Shown: positions 42,265 through 52,744, counted from the stretch's first letter. The stretch: DNA of 64,000 nucleotides from Candidatus Latescibacterota bacterium (GCA_965204725.1 OZ242005.1:3584001-3648000); one strand, 5' to 3'. Program-made: numbers and translations. The notes: generated by a model not told the origin, from the letters alone.

Positions 42265-42953
42265 GTCGAGCCGCCTTCCATCTGCAATACACCTGCTTCT
42301 ATGCGCCCCCGGCGATCCATGCTCTGGGCCAATTTGCGGTCGTGCGTCATCACCACAAAAGCCTGCCCGCGCTCCCGCGCCAACTCGGCGAGCAGTTGGT
42401 GCAAAGACTCGCTGGCCCGCTCGTCGAGATTGCCCGACGGCTCGTCGGCCAGCACGACCAAGGGCTGGGTAACGAGTGCTCGCACCATGGCCACCCGCTG
42501 GCACTCGCCGCCGGACAGCGACCCGGGCCGGTGATCCAAGCGGTCTGCTAGTCCGACGAAATCCATCAGTTCCAAGACCTCCTTGCGGCGATCGACGCCA
42601 GCGACCCGCGCCGGCAGTAAGACATTTTCCAACGCGGTAAATTCCGGCAGTAGGTAGTGAAACTGGAATACGAAGCCAATGTGCCGATTGCGAAAGCGCG
42701 ACAGGGCCTGATCGCCGAGATTGAGCACGTCGGTGCCAGCGATCTGCAACTGGCCGGCCGTCGGCCGGTCGAGCGTACCCAACAGGTGTAGCAAGGTGCT
42801 TTTGCCAACACCCGACTCGCCCATGACCGCGACCAATTCGCCCGCACGCACGGCTAAATCTACGCCTTTGAGAACCTCCAAGCCCTCGCCGCCGGTGTTG
42901 AATACCTTGCGCAAACCGTGCGCTTGGAGGATGATGTCGGCTTTTTGCACCAT
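42261..42953 (-). CDS. lolD: Lipoprotein-releasing system ATP-binding protein
   Basis: GESGVGKSTLLHLLGTLDRPT, GFVFQFHYLLPEFTALENV, LSGGECQR, LADEPSGNLD. Confidence 0.9.
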   Translation of the reverse strand: MVQKADIILQAHGLRKVFNTGGEGLEVLKGVDLAVRAGELVAVMGESGVGKSTLLHLLGTLDRPTAGQLQIAGTDVLNLGDQALSRFRNRHIGFVFQFHYLLPEFTALENVLLPARVAGVDRRKEVLELMDFVGLADRLDHRPGSLSGGECQRVAMVRALVTQPLVVLADEPSGNLDERASESLHQLLAELARERGQAFVVMTHDRKLAQSMDRRGRIEAGVLQMEGGST

Positions 42954-42959
42954 ATCACA

Positions 42960-44225
42960 TCACATTATATATCGAATCGCTTCTACCGGCATTAACCCAG
43001 CGGCCTTGCGCGCCGGATAAATCGACGTCGCCAAGCAGATGACCATGCTGATTGCCGCGACCAGTGCGAAATCCACAACATTCATATCCACGGGCAACGA
43101 GCTGATGAAATACATGTCCCCGGGAATGGAAATTAGGGCAAAGTGTTGTTGGGCCAAGCAGAGCGCGAAGCCGATCAAGCAGCCCAATAGAGTACCGATG
43201 CCGCCAATGACCAAGCCCTGATAAATAAAAATGCGATAAATCTCGCCCACTGTGCAACCTATCGTCCGCAAGATGCCGATCTCGGGCGTCTTGATCAGCA
43301 CCGACATGACCAAGATCGACATGATATTAAAGGCCGCGACCAGCACGATGAGGCTCAGCGCGAGGAAAATTGCCCATTTTTCCAACTCGATCCAGCGGAA
43401 GAACTCGGGAAAAAGCTGGGTCCAATCGCGCACTTGGTAGGGATAGCCCAGCTCCTCGGCTAGGAGGTCGCGGATCTCAGGTGCTTGGTAGATGTCTTCG
43501 ACGCGGATGTGAATATCGGTAATCGCATCGCCCAATTCGAGCATGCGCTGGGCGTCTTCCAAAAGAATAAAAGCATAGTTGTCGTCGTACTGGTACATGC
43601 CGCTTTTGAAGTGATCGGTCACGAAAAAGGACCAAGGACGCGGTGAGAAGCCATCCATCACGGCTGCTTCCACATCGAGATTTTGCACCGTCATCAGCAA
43701 CACCTCAGAACCCGGCCCCACGTGCAAGCGCCGCGCCAAGTACTCGCCGAGGACAATCCCCCGCTTATTTAGCTCGGCGAGCAAGCCGAGGCGCAGTTGC
43801 CCTTTTGGATCGGCGTAGCGCAGGTGTTCGGTTAGGTCGGAGACTTCGCGAAAAGTCGCCGGATCAATGCCCCACACCGGAATGCCATCGACCCGGCCCA
43901 AGTCGAGCTGCGAGGCAATGATGACCTTGGAATCCACGACCGGGGCCGCGCCCACGACCCCGACCGCCCCTTTCACCTGTTGCAGCAGCGCGTCCCAGCC
44001 CGCGATGGGGCCGCCGTCGAAGCGGCGAACATTGACGTGGGCGTTCATGCCGATCAGCCGATTTTTGACTTCGCCGGCAAAACCATTGGTCACCGACAGG
44101 ATGATCACCAAAGCCGCGACCCCCAAAATAACCCCACCGACCGCCATATAGGCGATGACGGAGAAGAAGCCGGTGCGCTGCTTGGAGCGCAGGTAGCGGC
44201 CGGCGACGAACAAGGCAATGCTCAC
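42960..44225 (-). CDS. lolC: Lipoprotein-releasing system permease (LolC/E family)
   Basis: RYLRSK..GVAALVIILSVTNGF, IVLVAAFNI, EIGILRTIG, YFISSLP, YPARKAA; GTG 44225 overlaps the prfB stop. Confidence 0.88.
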   Translation of the reverse strand: MSIALFVAGRYLRSKQRTGFFSVIAYMAVGGVILGVAALVIILSVTNGFAGEVKNRLIGMNAHVNVRRFDGGPIAGWDALLQQVKGAVGVVGAAPVVDSKVIIASQLDLGRVDGIPVWGIDPATFREVSDLTEHLRYADPKGQLRLGLLAELNKRGIVLGEYLARRLHVGPGSEVLLMTVQNLDVEAAVMDGFSPRPWSFFVTDHFKSGMYQYDDNYAFILLEDAQRMLELGDAITDIHIRVEDIYQAPEIRDLLAEELGYPYQVRDWTQLFPEFFRWIELEKWAIFLALSLIVLVAAFNIMSILVMSVLIKTPEIGILRTIGCTVGEIYRIFIYQGLVIGGIGTLLGCLIGFALCLAQQHFALISIPGDMYFISSLPVDMNVVDFALVAAISMVICLATSIYPARKAAGLMPVEAIRYIM

Positions 44226-45317
44226 GGCTGGCCCTCGGTCCAATAGGCCCGGATGAATCGGTCGATGTCTCCGTCCATTACCGCTTGGGCATTGGCCGTT
44301 TCGCAAGCGGTGCGGTGGTCCTTGACTATGGTGTAGGGATGGAACACGTAGGAGCGGATCTGCGAGCCGAAGTCAATGCTCTTTTTAGTGCTCTCCACCG
44401 CGAGCTGCTTCTGCTTCTGTTCGTTTTTGAAGTACTGGTACAGGCGCGACTTCAGCACCTTAAACGCAGTGGCCTTGTTCTTGAACTGCGAGCGCTCGTT
44501 TTGGCATTGGACGACAATGCCGGTGGGCCGATGCGTGACTCGCACGGCCGAGGCGGTTTTGTTCACGTGTTGGCCGCCCGCGCCCCCGGAGCGGTAGGTT
44601 TCGACCTTCACGTCCTCGTCGTTGAGCTCCACCTCGATATCGTCTTCGATTTCTGGATAGACAAACACCGAAGCAAACGAAGTATGCCGGCGGCGACTGG
44701 TGTCAAAAGGCGAGAGCCGCACCAAGCGATGGACGCCGGCCTCGGCCTTGAGGTAGCCATAGGCATAATCCCCCTTAACCTCAATGGTCGCGCCCTTGAT
44801 GCCCGCTTCCTCGGCCTGCTGTAGCTCTACAACCGCGCACTCCATGTCGTGGCGCTCGGCCCAGCGCATGTACAGGCGCATCAACATCGACGCCCATTCG
44901 GCCGCGTCTGTGCCCCCGGCCCCCGAGTGAATGACGAGAATCGCGTTCTTGGGGTCGTCCTCGTCGTTGAGCATCGTGCGGAACTCCAATTCGCCAATGC
45001 CCTGCATGGCGGCCTCGACCTCGGCCTCGACCTCCGTCAGGGCCTCGGCGTCGTCCTCTTCGGCCGCCATCTGATGCAGTTGGTCCAAGTCCTCCAACTG
45101 CGCGTTCAAGGACTCCCAATCCGCAATGGTGTCTCTGAGGATGCGCACTGTTTTGCCGACCGATTCGGCCTGCCGCCGGTCGTTCCAAAAGCCCGCGGCC
45201 GCCATGCGCTTTTCCAGGGCGGCCAGCTCTTCCTGCTTACCGCTTATGTCAAAGATACCCTCGCAGCCGCTCTAGTTGCTGCTGCCCGCTCGCCAACTGT
45301 TCCTCAATCGTGGCCAT
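44222..45317 (-). CDS. prfB: Peptide chain release factor 2 with programmed +1 frameshift at CTT-TGA-C (45248-45254)
   Basis: MATIEEQLASGQQQLERLRGYL | DISGKQEELAALEKRMAAAGFWND...; SD-like GAGGG 3 nt before CTT TGA C; SPF and GGQ motifs present. Confidence 0.95.
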
Positions 45318-45837
45318 GGTCGTCTTCCTCGGTTTCGTTATCGTTATAGCGATCAAAAAGGAGGCTGTCGTGCGTGTTCTCAGCCGGTATTTCAAAGAGT
45401 AAGTCCCCCTCGTAAACCGCGCCGCGCGCTCCTTTGAGCTCGTCGCTGTGGGCAATGAAAAATGGCGATCGCGATCGCGGATAATACCGCTGGCCGCGGT
45501 CATCAACGAGTTGAAAACACCGCGGCACAATCGCCCAAGCGAGTTGTAGGTTCACCTGCAAGCGCACGTTGATGAGTACGAATTTGTGCCCCTCGTCGGG
45601 CGCGCCGTGAAAAAAGTACATATAGCGCACCCCGTCGGGCGGCACCGTCAGCGCAACTTGGTTGTTGATGTTGGCGAACAAGTCGGTCAGGTTTTCGAGC
45701 TTGTCCGCCGATTCGCCCGTCAGGCTCACCCCGATGTAAATCGGCACGAACAGGGTTACGCCGCCCAAAATGACGCGGTTGAGCAGCCGCATGCGTCTGT
45801 TAAACTGCTTCTTGCGCTCGCTTGCTGAAATCACCAC
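45304..45837 (-). CDS. Membrane-anchored hypothetical protein (DUF4352-like Ig fold)
   Basis: One N-terminal TM, then PDEGHKFVLINV..FQLVDDRGQRY..YEGDLLFEIP; overlaps the prfB start. Confidence 0.55.
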   Translation of the reverse strand: MVISASERKKQFNRRMRLLNRVILGGVTLFVPIYIGVSLTGESADKLENLTDLFANINNQVALTVPPDGVRYMYFFHGAPDEGHKFVLINVRLQVNLQLAWAIVPRCFQLVDDRGQRYYPRSRSPFFIAHSDELKGARGAVYEGDLLFEIPAENTHDSLLFDRYNDNETEEDDHGHD

Positions 45838-45859
45838 GGCGTTTTCCCAGAACCCACCC

Positions 45860-47527
45860 CTAGCGTACTAGGGCAATTTTGCCCAAGTGCCGGCGGTTGG
45901 GCAACCGCAGTTTGTAGAAGTATATCCCGCTGGCTATAGCCGCACCCGGCGTCCAGCGCGGTGCCCGGCCCGGCTGGTCGTGGTGCCCCGGCCACAGCAG
46001 CCAACGCTCGGAAAATACCAACCGACCCGCCACGTCAAAAACCGTCAGCTCGACCGGGCCGCGCTCGGCCAACTGCACCGGAAAATGCACCGACCCGCCC
46101 CGCGCTGGATTGGGAAAGGGGGCCAACAGCCGGTCCTCCCCCGGCAGGTCCTCGGACAGACCACTAGCCGCCAGCGCGTTTATCTGCCCCCAGCCATACA
46201 CTGTGTCGGGACCGGCCGCGCCCAAGTCCAGCGCGGTTGAGCGCAAAGCCTCCAGCACTTGGTGCGGCGTCCATTCGGGGTGGGCTTGCAACAACAGGGC
46301 ACACACCCCGCTCACCAAGGGGGCCGCAAAGGAAGTGCCGCTCTGGCCCACATAGCCGCCGCGCCGCGGGTCCGCTACTACGACGCCGCGGCCGGGCGCG
46401 ACCACATCCGGCTTAATGCGGCCATCGGCCGTCGGCCCCCGCGAGCTAAAGGCGGCAATCTGCGGCCAGCGCTCGCCACGGCCGGGCACATCAACCGCCC
46501 CTACCGCAATCGCGCCATTCGCATCGGCCGGCGCCGTTATGTAGTGCCAATCTCGGTCGGCCTCATTGCCGGCGGCCACCACCACGACGATGCCGCGCCG
46601 CACCGCCAGCGCCGCGGCCACGCTCGTCAGCGCGGTTGCCCCGTCCAGATCCGCTGGCGAGTAGCCAGTGCCGTCGTCCCACCGATTGTACCCCAACGAG
46701 CTGTTGACCACCTGCGCCCCCAAGCTGTCCGCCCATTCCAAGCCGGCGATCCAGCGATCTTCCTCCGCGGGCAACTCGGGCAAGGTGTCGTCTAGTTCGG
46801 TCTTGGCCAGAATGTACTCGGCGTCGGGTGCCACGCCGACGAAGTGGTCGGGGTGGTTGCCGGCCAGCAGGGAAAGGACTTGCGCGCCATGCAGGTTTTG
46901 GCTGCCGCTCATTTCGTCGCCTGTGATGGGTTGATTGGCCTCGTCGCCGACGACTCCGTCGCCATTGACAAAGTCGCGCTGGGCCACCACGCGCATTGAG
47001 TCGAAGGCTGCGTGCTCGGCGTAGTGAAAGCCGTTGTCGAGCAAGGCTATATGCACCCCAGCACCGGTAAAACCTCGGTCGTGGAGGAGGGGAACGGCGA
47101 TTTGGGCCAACGGCTCCAAGGCGAGGCCATAACGGCTTTGGAGCAACTTGGGGCTGGCAAGCGGCGCCGGCGGCGGTGGGCTGGGCCGCTGCAAGCGCTG
47201 CACGGGCCGCGTTGCAACGACAAAGTCCGCGGCTTGCACTCGGCGCTGCACCTCGGGCGAGACGCGCGCACTAACGGCGTTGAGCCAACGCGAGGAAAAG
47301 CGCACGGCCACCTCCATCTCCCGCAGGCGTTCGATATAGCCCGCGCTGACGGGCAGGTCTAGCTCTGCGTCCGAATGACCGGCCCCCAAATCCGTCCAAG
47401 CGACGCGCTGTCCATTGGCGTCTGTTTTGTCGCGCAACAGAATCCAGATATTCTGATCCGCTGCGACCGCCAAGGCCCCCGCGTGCATCAGCAGGGCCGC
47501 GCACCCCCACCGCAGCCCCTTATTCAA
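45860..47527 (-). CDS. Secreted S8 (subtilisin-like) serine peptidase with FCB-type C-terminal sorting domain
   Basis: Signal peptide; triad LLDNG / LHGAQV / GTSFAAP; AAGNE; FSSRGPTADGRIKPDVVAPG; CTD PFPNPAR..VFDVAGRLV..ASGIYFYKL..KIALVR. Confidence 0.92.
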   Translation of the reverse strand: MNKGLRWGCAALLMHAGALAVAADQNIWILLRDKTDANGQRVAWTDLGAGHSDAELDLPVSAGYIERLREMEVAVRFSSRWLNAVSARVSPEVQRRVQAADFVVATRPVQRLQRPSPPPPAPLASPKLLQSRYGLALEPLAQIAVPLLHDRGFTGAGVHIALLDNGFHYAEHAAFDSMRVVAQRDFVNGDGVVGDEANQPITGDEMSGSQNLHGAQVLSLLAGNHPDHFVGVAPDAEYILAKTELDDTLPELPAEEDRWIAGLEWADSLGAQVVNSSLGYNRWDDGTGYSPADLDGATALTSVAAALAVRRGIVVVVAAGNEADRDWHYITAPADANGAIAVGAVDVPGRGERWPQIAAFSSRGPTADGRIKPDVVAPGRGVVVADPRRGGYVGQSGTSFAAPLVSGVCALLLQAHPEWTPHQVLEALRSTALDLGAAGPDTVYGWGQINALAASGLSEDLPGEDRLLAPFPNPARGGSVHFPVQLAERGPVELTVFDVAGRLVFSERWLLWPGHHDQPGRAPRWTPGAAIASGIYFYKLRLPNRRHLGKIALVR

Positions 47528-48164
47528 CGGGGGGTTCCCTCGTGTCTAGCACCTCCACCCCTTCGGGGACCTGAAAGGAAAAGACCTCGTCGGCTATCTT
47601 CTTGTTGACGCGGTGATCCCTGAGCACGTACGCGGTGCGATTGCCATTGGCCTCGCGCTTCTCCACTTGCAGGAGAAACCACCTCCTCGGCTCCACCCAG
47701 ACCCGCATCTGTTCGACCGCTGAGGCTTTGTTTTCCGGGGCCATGATCAGCAAATAGCAGGGCCATCCCCCCAACGCGCTTTCCTCCACCGCAATGGACA
47801 CATAGCGCTCTGTATAGTCGAAAAACACCTGCCAAGGGGTCTTTACTTCGGCTTCGTAGGGGCTGATGACCACTTGGCCGTTATGCACGACATAGGACCA
47901 CACGGCCTCGCCATCGGCCACGACCACATCGCCGCCTTCCAGCTCGATGCGAAAGCGGTTCGGGCGGCGCAAATAGATTCGGCCCTCGCGGCTGCGGTAC
48001 TTGTCGAGCACCGCCCAGTAGAATTGCTTTTCAAAGCGGGCGGAAAACGTCTTGTAGCTAGAAAGACGTTTTTGCACCCTAGCGATGATTTCTTCGCCGC
48101 TCTGCCCGAGGGCCGCGCTGGCCGTCAGGCCCAAACAAAAAGCGGCCCACAACAACAATCTCAT
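47520..48164 (-). CDS. lolA: Outer-membrane lipoprotein carrier LolA family protein
   Basis: Signal peptide, FSARFEKQ, GRIYLRRPNRFRIE, VVADGEAVWSY..GQV, FSFQVPEGVEVLD; canonical position after ftsK. Confidence 0.85.
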   Translation of the reverse strand: MRLLLWAAFCLGLTASAALGQSGEEIIARVQKRLSSYKTFSARFEKQFYWAVLDKYRSREGRIYLRRPNRFRIELEGGDVVVADGEAVWSYVVHNGQVVISPYEAEVKTPWQVFFDYTERYVSIAVEESALGGWPCYLLIMAPENKASAVEQMRVWVEPRRWFLLQVEKREANGNRTAYVLRDHRVNKKIADEVFSFQVPEGVEVLDTREPPVE

Positions 48165-48174
48165 CCGTTCCCCT

Positions 48175-50496
48175 TTAGGCGTCAGACGCTTCTGCGTCCT
48201 CCGCACTTTCGACCAAAATCTGGCGCGGCTTAGCCCCCTCGATCGGCCCGACGATACCGGCGGCCTCCAACTCGTCCATCAGACGCGCGGCCCGGGAGTA
48301 CCCAACCTTCAAGCGCCGCTGCAAAAACGACGTGGAAGCCTGCTGGTGTTCGCAGACTAAGCGCACGGCCTCGTCAAAGAGGTCGTCGCGCATATTGGCA
48401 TCCGCGTTAATATCCGCCTGCTCGGAAAACACCGCAACTTCCTCGGCCTCGTACTGGTTCTCCTTCAATGCCCCAACCAAGCGCTCGGTTTCCTCGCCCG
48501 AAATAAAGGCCCCGTGGACGCGGATTGGCTCGCCTTGGCCGCTCGGCAGAAAGAGCATATCGCCCATCCCCAAAAGCCGCTCGGCCCCATTGAGATCGAG
48601 AATAGTGCGCGAGTCCGTCTTCGACGCCACTTGGAAGGCAATGCGCGAAGGAAAGTTGGCCTTGATTACCCCGGTGATCACGTTCACCGAAGGCCGCTGG
48701 GTCGCCAAGATGATGTGAATGCCCACGGCCCGCGACTTCTGCGCCAAACCCATCAGGGAGGTCTCCACATCGGCCGGGGCCGTCAGCATCAAATCGGCGA
48801 ATTCGTCAATTATTATCACAATGTACGCCAGCGGCTTTTCAGGCTCGACGCCGGCTTCTTCGGCCTCGACCTCGCCCTCGGCTTGGGCGCGCACCAGCTT
48901 GGCATTGTAGTCGGACAGGCTCCGCACTCCGAGCTTGGCCAGCTTCTGGTAGCGAGATTCCATTTCGGCCACGGCCCACTTCAGGGCCTGCGCCGCCTTC
49001 TTAGGCTCGGTGATGACCGGCACCAGCAAGTGCGGTATATCATTGTACATGGTCAACTCGACGACCTTGGGATCAACCATGATAAAGCGCACTTCGTCGG
49101 GCGTGGCCTTGAAGAGAATGCTGCAAATCAGGCTGTTTAGGCACACGCTCTTGCCGGCTCCGGTGGCACCGGCGACCAACAGATGGGGCATTTTGGTCAA
49201 ATCTGCGGCACACGGCTCGCCCGCAATCGTCTTGCCCAACGCCATGACCAGCTTAGAATCCGACCGGCTGAACACCTCGTCTTCAATGATCTCGCGCAAG
49301 TACACGGTCTCCCGCTCCTGATTGGCAATCTCCACCCCCACCACGGATTTCCCCGGCACCGGGGCTTGAATGCGAATGCCCTTCGCGCTCATCACGCGCG
49401 CGAGATCGTCTGAGAGCGCGGCGATGCGATTGACCTTGACGCCCGGGGCGGGCTCCACCTCGTAGCGCGTCACTACCGGCCCAGGGCTGACCTCTACGAC
49501 CTTGCCAACCACGTCGAAGTTTTCCAAAGCATCCTCTAGCAGCTTGGCGTTTTCCAGCAAGGTCTCCTTAGAAATCTGGTTGCGGTCGGCCGGCACTTCC
49601 TCTAGCAACGCAATGCTCGGGTGCTGGTAGCGCGCCCCGGCCGGCTTGCAGACAGGCTCAACCTGCTCGGGTTGGGGCACCGGCTCGGGCGCGACCGCAT
49701 CTTCAACCGCCGATTTCTTTTTCTTCTTCTTTTTGCGCTCTCGTCGCTCAACGCGCACCGGCTCGGGCTCCCGAGGCTCGGCTGCGGGGGCCTCTTCAAC
49801 CATTGGCTTCCAAGACGCACCAGCTGCATCCTCAACCTGAGGTTGCGGGCTAATCTCAGACCGCGTTTCTCGCACCATGGCTACTTCGTTTGCCGCTTTA
49901 CTCTTGGGCCTAGCCCGGCGGGGGAGGCGCAGACGCCCGAGCCATTGCCAACCAGCCGCCACGCCCGCGCCCAGCCATGCCAGCAGCCGCCAGTTGAGGC
50001 CGGGAGTCAAAATCATCGCAACCGCAAAGAGCGCGCTCAGCAACACGGCCGACCCCAGCCTGCCTAGGTAGGGTATGAGCAATTCCAAACTAATCTGGGT
50101 CCCCAGTACGCCGCCCAGTGCGTAGGCCGTGTGCGGCGAATAGTCGGGCAGGCCCGTAGCGACGCTGATGAAGACGGCCATAAACAAAAGACCCACACTG
50201 CGATGGATCGCAAAAGCCACTGGCTGGGAACGCACCCTATTCCAACCCCAGAGCAATAACAGCATGGGCCAGACGTACGCGGCCAAGCCCATGCCGGCAA
50301 AGGCCCCATAGGATGTGTACGCACCGATCCAGCCGCCCCAATTCAAACTCTCGGCCACCGACCGACTCGAATTGGGAGGATCAAGCGGCGAGTGGGACAG
50401 CAAACAGACGAGCAAAAACGCGCCGAGGCCGAGGAAGAGCACCCCTAAAACTTGGGGCCTTTTCTCGCCTTTGGGCATGAGCACAAACTCGGACAT
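48175..50496 (-). CDS. ftsK: DNA translocase FtsK
   Basis: N-terminal TM domain, GPVVTRYE, PHLLVAGATGAGKS, IIDEFADLM, LATQRPSV, GAERLLGMGDMLF, gamma domain LQRRLKVGYSRAARL. Confidence 0.96.
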   Translation of the reverse strand: MSEFVLMPKGEKRPQVLGVLFLGLGAFLLVCLLSHSPLDPPNSSRSVAESLNWGGWIGAYTSYGAFAGMGLAAYVWPMLLLLWGWNRVRSQPVAFAIHRSVGLLFMAVFISVATGLPDYSPHTAYALGGVLGTQISLELLIPYLGRLGSAVLLSALFAVAMILTPGLNWRLLAWLGAGVAAGWQWLGRLRLPRRARPKSKAANEVAMVRETRSEISPQPQVEDAAGASWKPMVEEAPAAEPREPEPVRVERRERKKKKKKKSAVEDAVAPEPVPQPEQVEPVCKPAGARYQHPSIALLEEVPADRNQISKETLLENAKLLEDALENFDVVGKVVEVSPGPVVTRYEVEPAPGVKVNRIAALSDDLARVMSAKGIRIQAPVPGKSVVGVEIANQERETVYLREIIEDEVFSRSDSKLVMALGKTIAGEPCAADLTKMPHLLVAGATGAGKSVCLNSLICSILFKATPDEVRFIMVDPKVVELTMYNDIPHLLVPVITEPKKAAQALKWAVAEMESRYQKLAKLGVRSLSDYNAKLVRAQAEGEVEAEEAGVEPEKPLAYIVIIIDEFADLMLTAPADVETSLMGLAQKSRAVGIHIILATQRPSVNVITGVIKANFPSRIAFQVASKTDSRTILDLNGAERLLGMGDMLFLPSGQGEPIRVHGAFISGEETERLVGALKENQYEAEEVAVFSEQADINADANMRDDLFDEAVRLVCEHQQASTSFLQRRLKVGYSRAARLMDELEAAGIVGPIEGAKPRQILVESAEDAEASDA

Positions 50497-50605
50497 AGAG
50501 CCACAGACTCCGCTAGTACATGTTGAGAAGCGATCAATCGGATGGGATTGGAGAGGGGATGCACTAAAATAAACAAAAACGCGATTTTTTGCACCTTGCG
50601 GCGCG

Positions 50606-52744
50606 TCAGATCATGCCGTTGCGCTTGCGGCCAAACCACTCGGCGGCCAACAGGGCGACAGCCAAAAGCGCGGGCCACAGCGGCCCCCACAGCGGCAGAA
50701 CCTCGGCCTTCTCGACCCAGCGCTGGCGCGGCGCGAGCTCCTCCAGCATGTCCTCCCAATCTACGAGCGGATAGGCACGGCCACCGCTGGCGCGGGCCAA
50801 CTCGCCCAAGAGCAACCGATCGGCGTGTAAATCCCCCAGCTCAATGCTATACGCTTCGACGACAAAGCGGCCCGTAACCGCGCCCACGGCGGCTTGATCC
50901 ACGGCGGCCCGGACCTCGTATTCATAGGTGCCGGGGGCCAGCCCACTAGCGACGCCTCGGTAGTGACCGGCCCCTTGGGATTGCAGGTCAAACGCTTCCC
51001 GCCCGGCCAGCGCGACCTGCACCGTCGCCCCCGGCTGCGGTCTCAGCAACTCGTCGAAGACCTGCACCGCGAAAACCACTTCCTCGCCCGCTCGGTACAC
51101 GGGCCGCTCGGTCGCGGCGCGGACCCGGCCGCTCGGAGCACTGAGCGCGAGCCACTTGGCCGCGGCCCGCCAGAACGTCCGAATGGTCTGCGGCTGACCA
51201 TCAACGCCGCTGCTCATCAAGTCGAGCCGCCAAAAAGACGTGGACAGGGCCGCAATGACCTTGCCCTCGCGGTATGCGCCCGCAGCTATGACCGGCTGGC
51301 CGGCCGTGCTCTCGACGAGCACGGTGGTCCCCGGCCGCTGCTGAGACGTGCGAAAGTAGCCCGGCAGCGGCGGCAACCTCAGCCACAAATCGTCCGCGCT
51401 CACCGGCTGGCGCACGACCGGATGGCGGCGGCCGGCCGCGCTGAGCCTCAACAAGACCTCGCCCGATACGAAGGGCGCGGGGCCAGCCACTTGCAGCGGC
51501 ATGAGGGCGGCTAGCGGCGAGTCGGGCCGCCAAGCCCGCGCCATCTTGGGGCCACCGACGACGAGCAAACCCGCGCCCGCCTGCACGTGCTGGACCAACG
51601 CGGTGGCGGGCGGGCCGTTGAGCAGCCACGCGCCCGGATTGACCAGCGCCACCACGTCCCTCCCCTGTAAAACAGCCGGATTCCACGCCCCTCCGTAGAA
51701 CGAGCTTGGCTCCCGCTGGATCAGGGCCTCAACGACCCAGCTCGAATCCGCGCTTAAACTGCGGCGCAGAAAGGCCAGATCCTCGCTGGGGCCTCCGGCC
51801 AGCAGCAGCACCCGGGTGCGCCCGGCGAGAATGTGGGTAGCCGCGAGCGCTTCGTTGTCAGCCGTCGCGAACTCCCCGGGCACGGGCGCGACGACGACGC
51901 GGAAAATGCGCGGGCCGGCCTGCTGAGGGGTCACCGCAAACGAGACGCGCTGCACCTGCCCATCGCTCTCCAACAGTAGGGATTGTCTCTGAAGCAACCG
52001 CTCGCCCTCGTAGAGCTGGACTTCCACGCGCTGTCCCTCATAGCCCCAACTCCGCACCTTCGCGTCGATTTGCTGGCGTAGGCCGACGTATCCGGTCTCA
52101 GGGATATGCACATCTACGAGCTGGACATCGACGGGGACCTCCGCGCCCCCTACGCCGAGCGCGTACACCGGTACGCCCAGTTCCGCGCTTAGCTGCACCG
52201 GGTCGCGGCCCAAGTTGTGGCCTCCGTCGGAAAATAGGACCACGCCTTGCACGCGCTCCTGCTCGGCGACCGCCTCCAAGCTGGCAGCGAGGGCGCGGCC
52301 TATGTCGGTTGCCTGACCGCGCGTACTGGCGGCCGCGACCGTATCGAGCGCGAGCGGATACGCGGACTCGGCAAACCCCCAAGCGCGGACTTCGGCCTGC
52401 TGCAAGCGCTCCGACCAACGCTCGTCTTCTAGCACGGCCACAGCCTGTTGCAGGCGTGTGGAAGCCCCGGCCACCCTCATACTCGGGCTCGTATCGACTA
52501 ACACCAGCACCAGCGGCCGGATGACCCGCTGGTGCCACCACGTCAAAACCGGCTCGCACAACACGGTGACCAGCAAGGCCACGGCCGCGCCGCGCAACAC
52601 CACGAGCACCATGCGGTTCTTGGGCGCAACATCCGGGTACGTCCGCTGATATACCCAATAGACGAATGCGAGTAGGAAGGGCAGCAGGACGAGGAATGCG
52701 CGGGGTCCTGCTAGCTGGAGCTGGCTATCTGACCACTCAGACAC
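50606..52744 (-). CDS. Membrane-anchored vWA-domain protein with Ig-like and GATase-like domains
   Basis: Two N-terminal TMs, MIDAS-like DTSPSM..TDIG..FSDG, GAGLLVVGGP, C-terminal TM LLAAEWFGRKRNGM. Confidence 0.75.
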   Translation of the reverse strand: MSEWSDSQLQLAGPRAFLVLLPFLLAFVYWVYQRTYPDVAPKNRMVLVVLRGAAVALLVTVLCEPVLTWWHQRVIRPLVLVLVDTSPSMRVAGASTRLQQAVAVLEDERWSERLQQAEVRAWGFAESAYPLALDTVAAASTRGQATDIGRALAASLEAVAEQERVQGVVLFSDGGHNLGRDPVQLSAELGVPVYALGVGGAEVPVDVQLVDVHIPETGYVGLRQQIDAKVRSWGYEGQRVEVQLYEGERLLQRQSLLLESDGQVQRVSFAVTPQQAGPRIFRVVVAPVPGEFATADNEALAATHILAGRTRVLLLAGGPSEDLAFLRRSLSADSSWVVEALIQREPSSFYGGAWNPAVLQGRDVVALVNPGAWLLNGPPATALVQHVQAGAGLLVVGGPKMARAWRPDSPLAALMPLQVAGPAPFVSGEVLLRLSAAGRRHPVVRQPVSADDLWLRLPPLPGYFRTSQQRPGTTVLVESTAGQPVIAAGAYREGKVIAALSTSFWRLDLMSSGVDGQPQTIRTFWRAAAKWLALSAPSGRVRAATERPVYRAGEEVVFAVQVFDELLRPQPGATVQVALAGREAFDLQSQGAGHYRGVASGLAPGTYEYEVRAAVDQAAVGAVTGRFVVEAYSIELGDLHADRLLLGELARASGGRAYPLVDWEDMLEELAPRQRWVEKAEVLPLWGPLWPALLAVALLAAEWFGRKRNGMI

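Noticed and set aside
40559-42504. CtsR or CIRCE operator near mcsA/clpC, and the 80-aa N-terminal extension of McsA in the ORF track
   Set aside because: I did not see a GGTCAAA direct repeat or a TTAGCACTC inverted repeat; the extension overlaps lolD, and the real start is the ATGA overlap at 42264.
44222-45317. prfB as a frameshifted pseudogene or assembly error
   Set aside because: The break is exactly the canonical CTT-TGA-C programmed frameshift with an upstream SD-like sequence.
49714-49750. Poly-Lys-encoding low-complexity tract in ftsK as a phase-variable repeat
   Set aside because: Mixed AAG/AAA codons in the disordered linker; the frame is intact and there is no long homopolymer.
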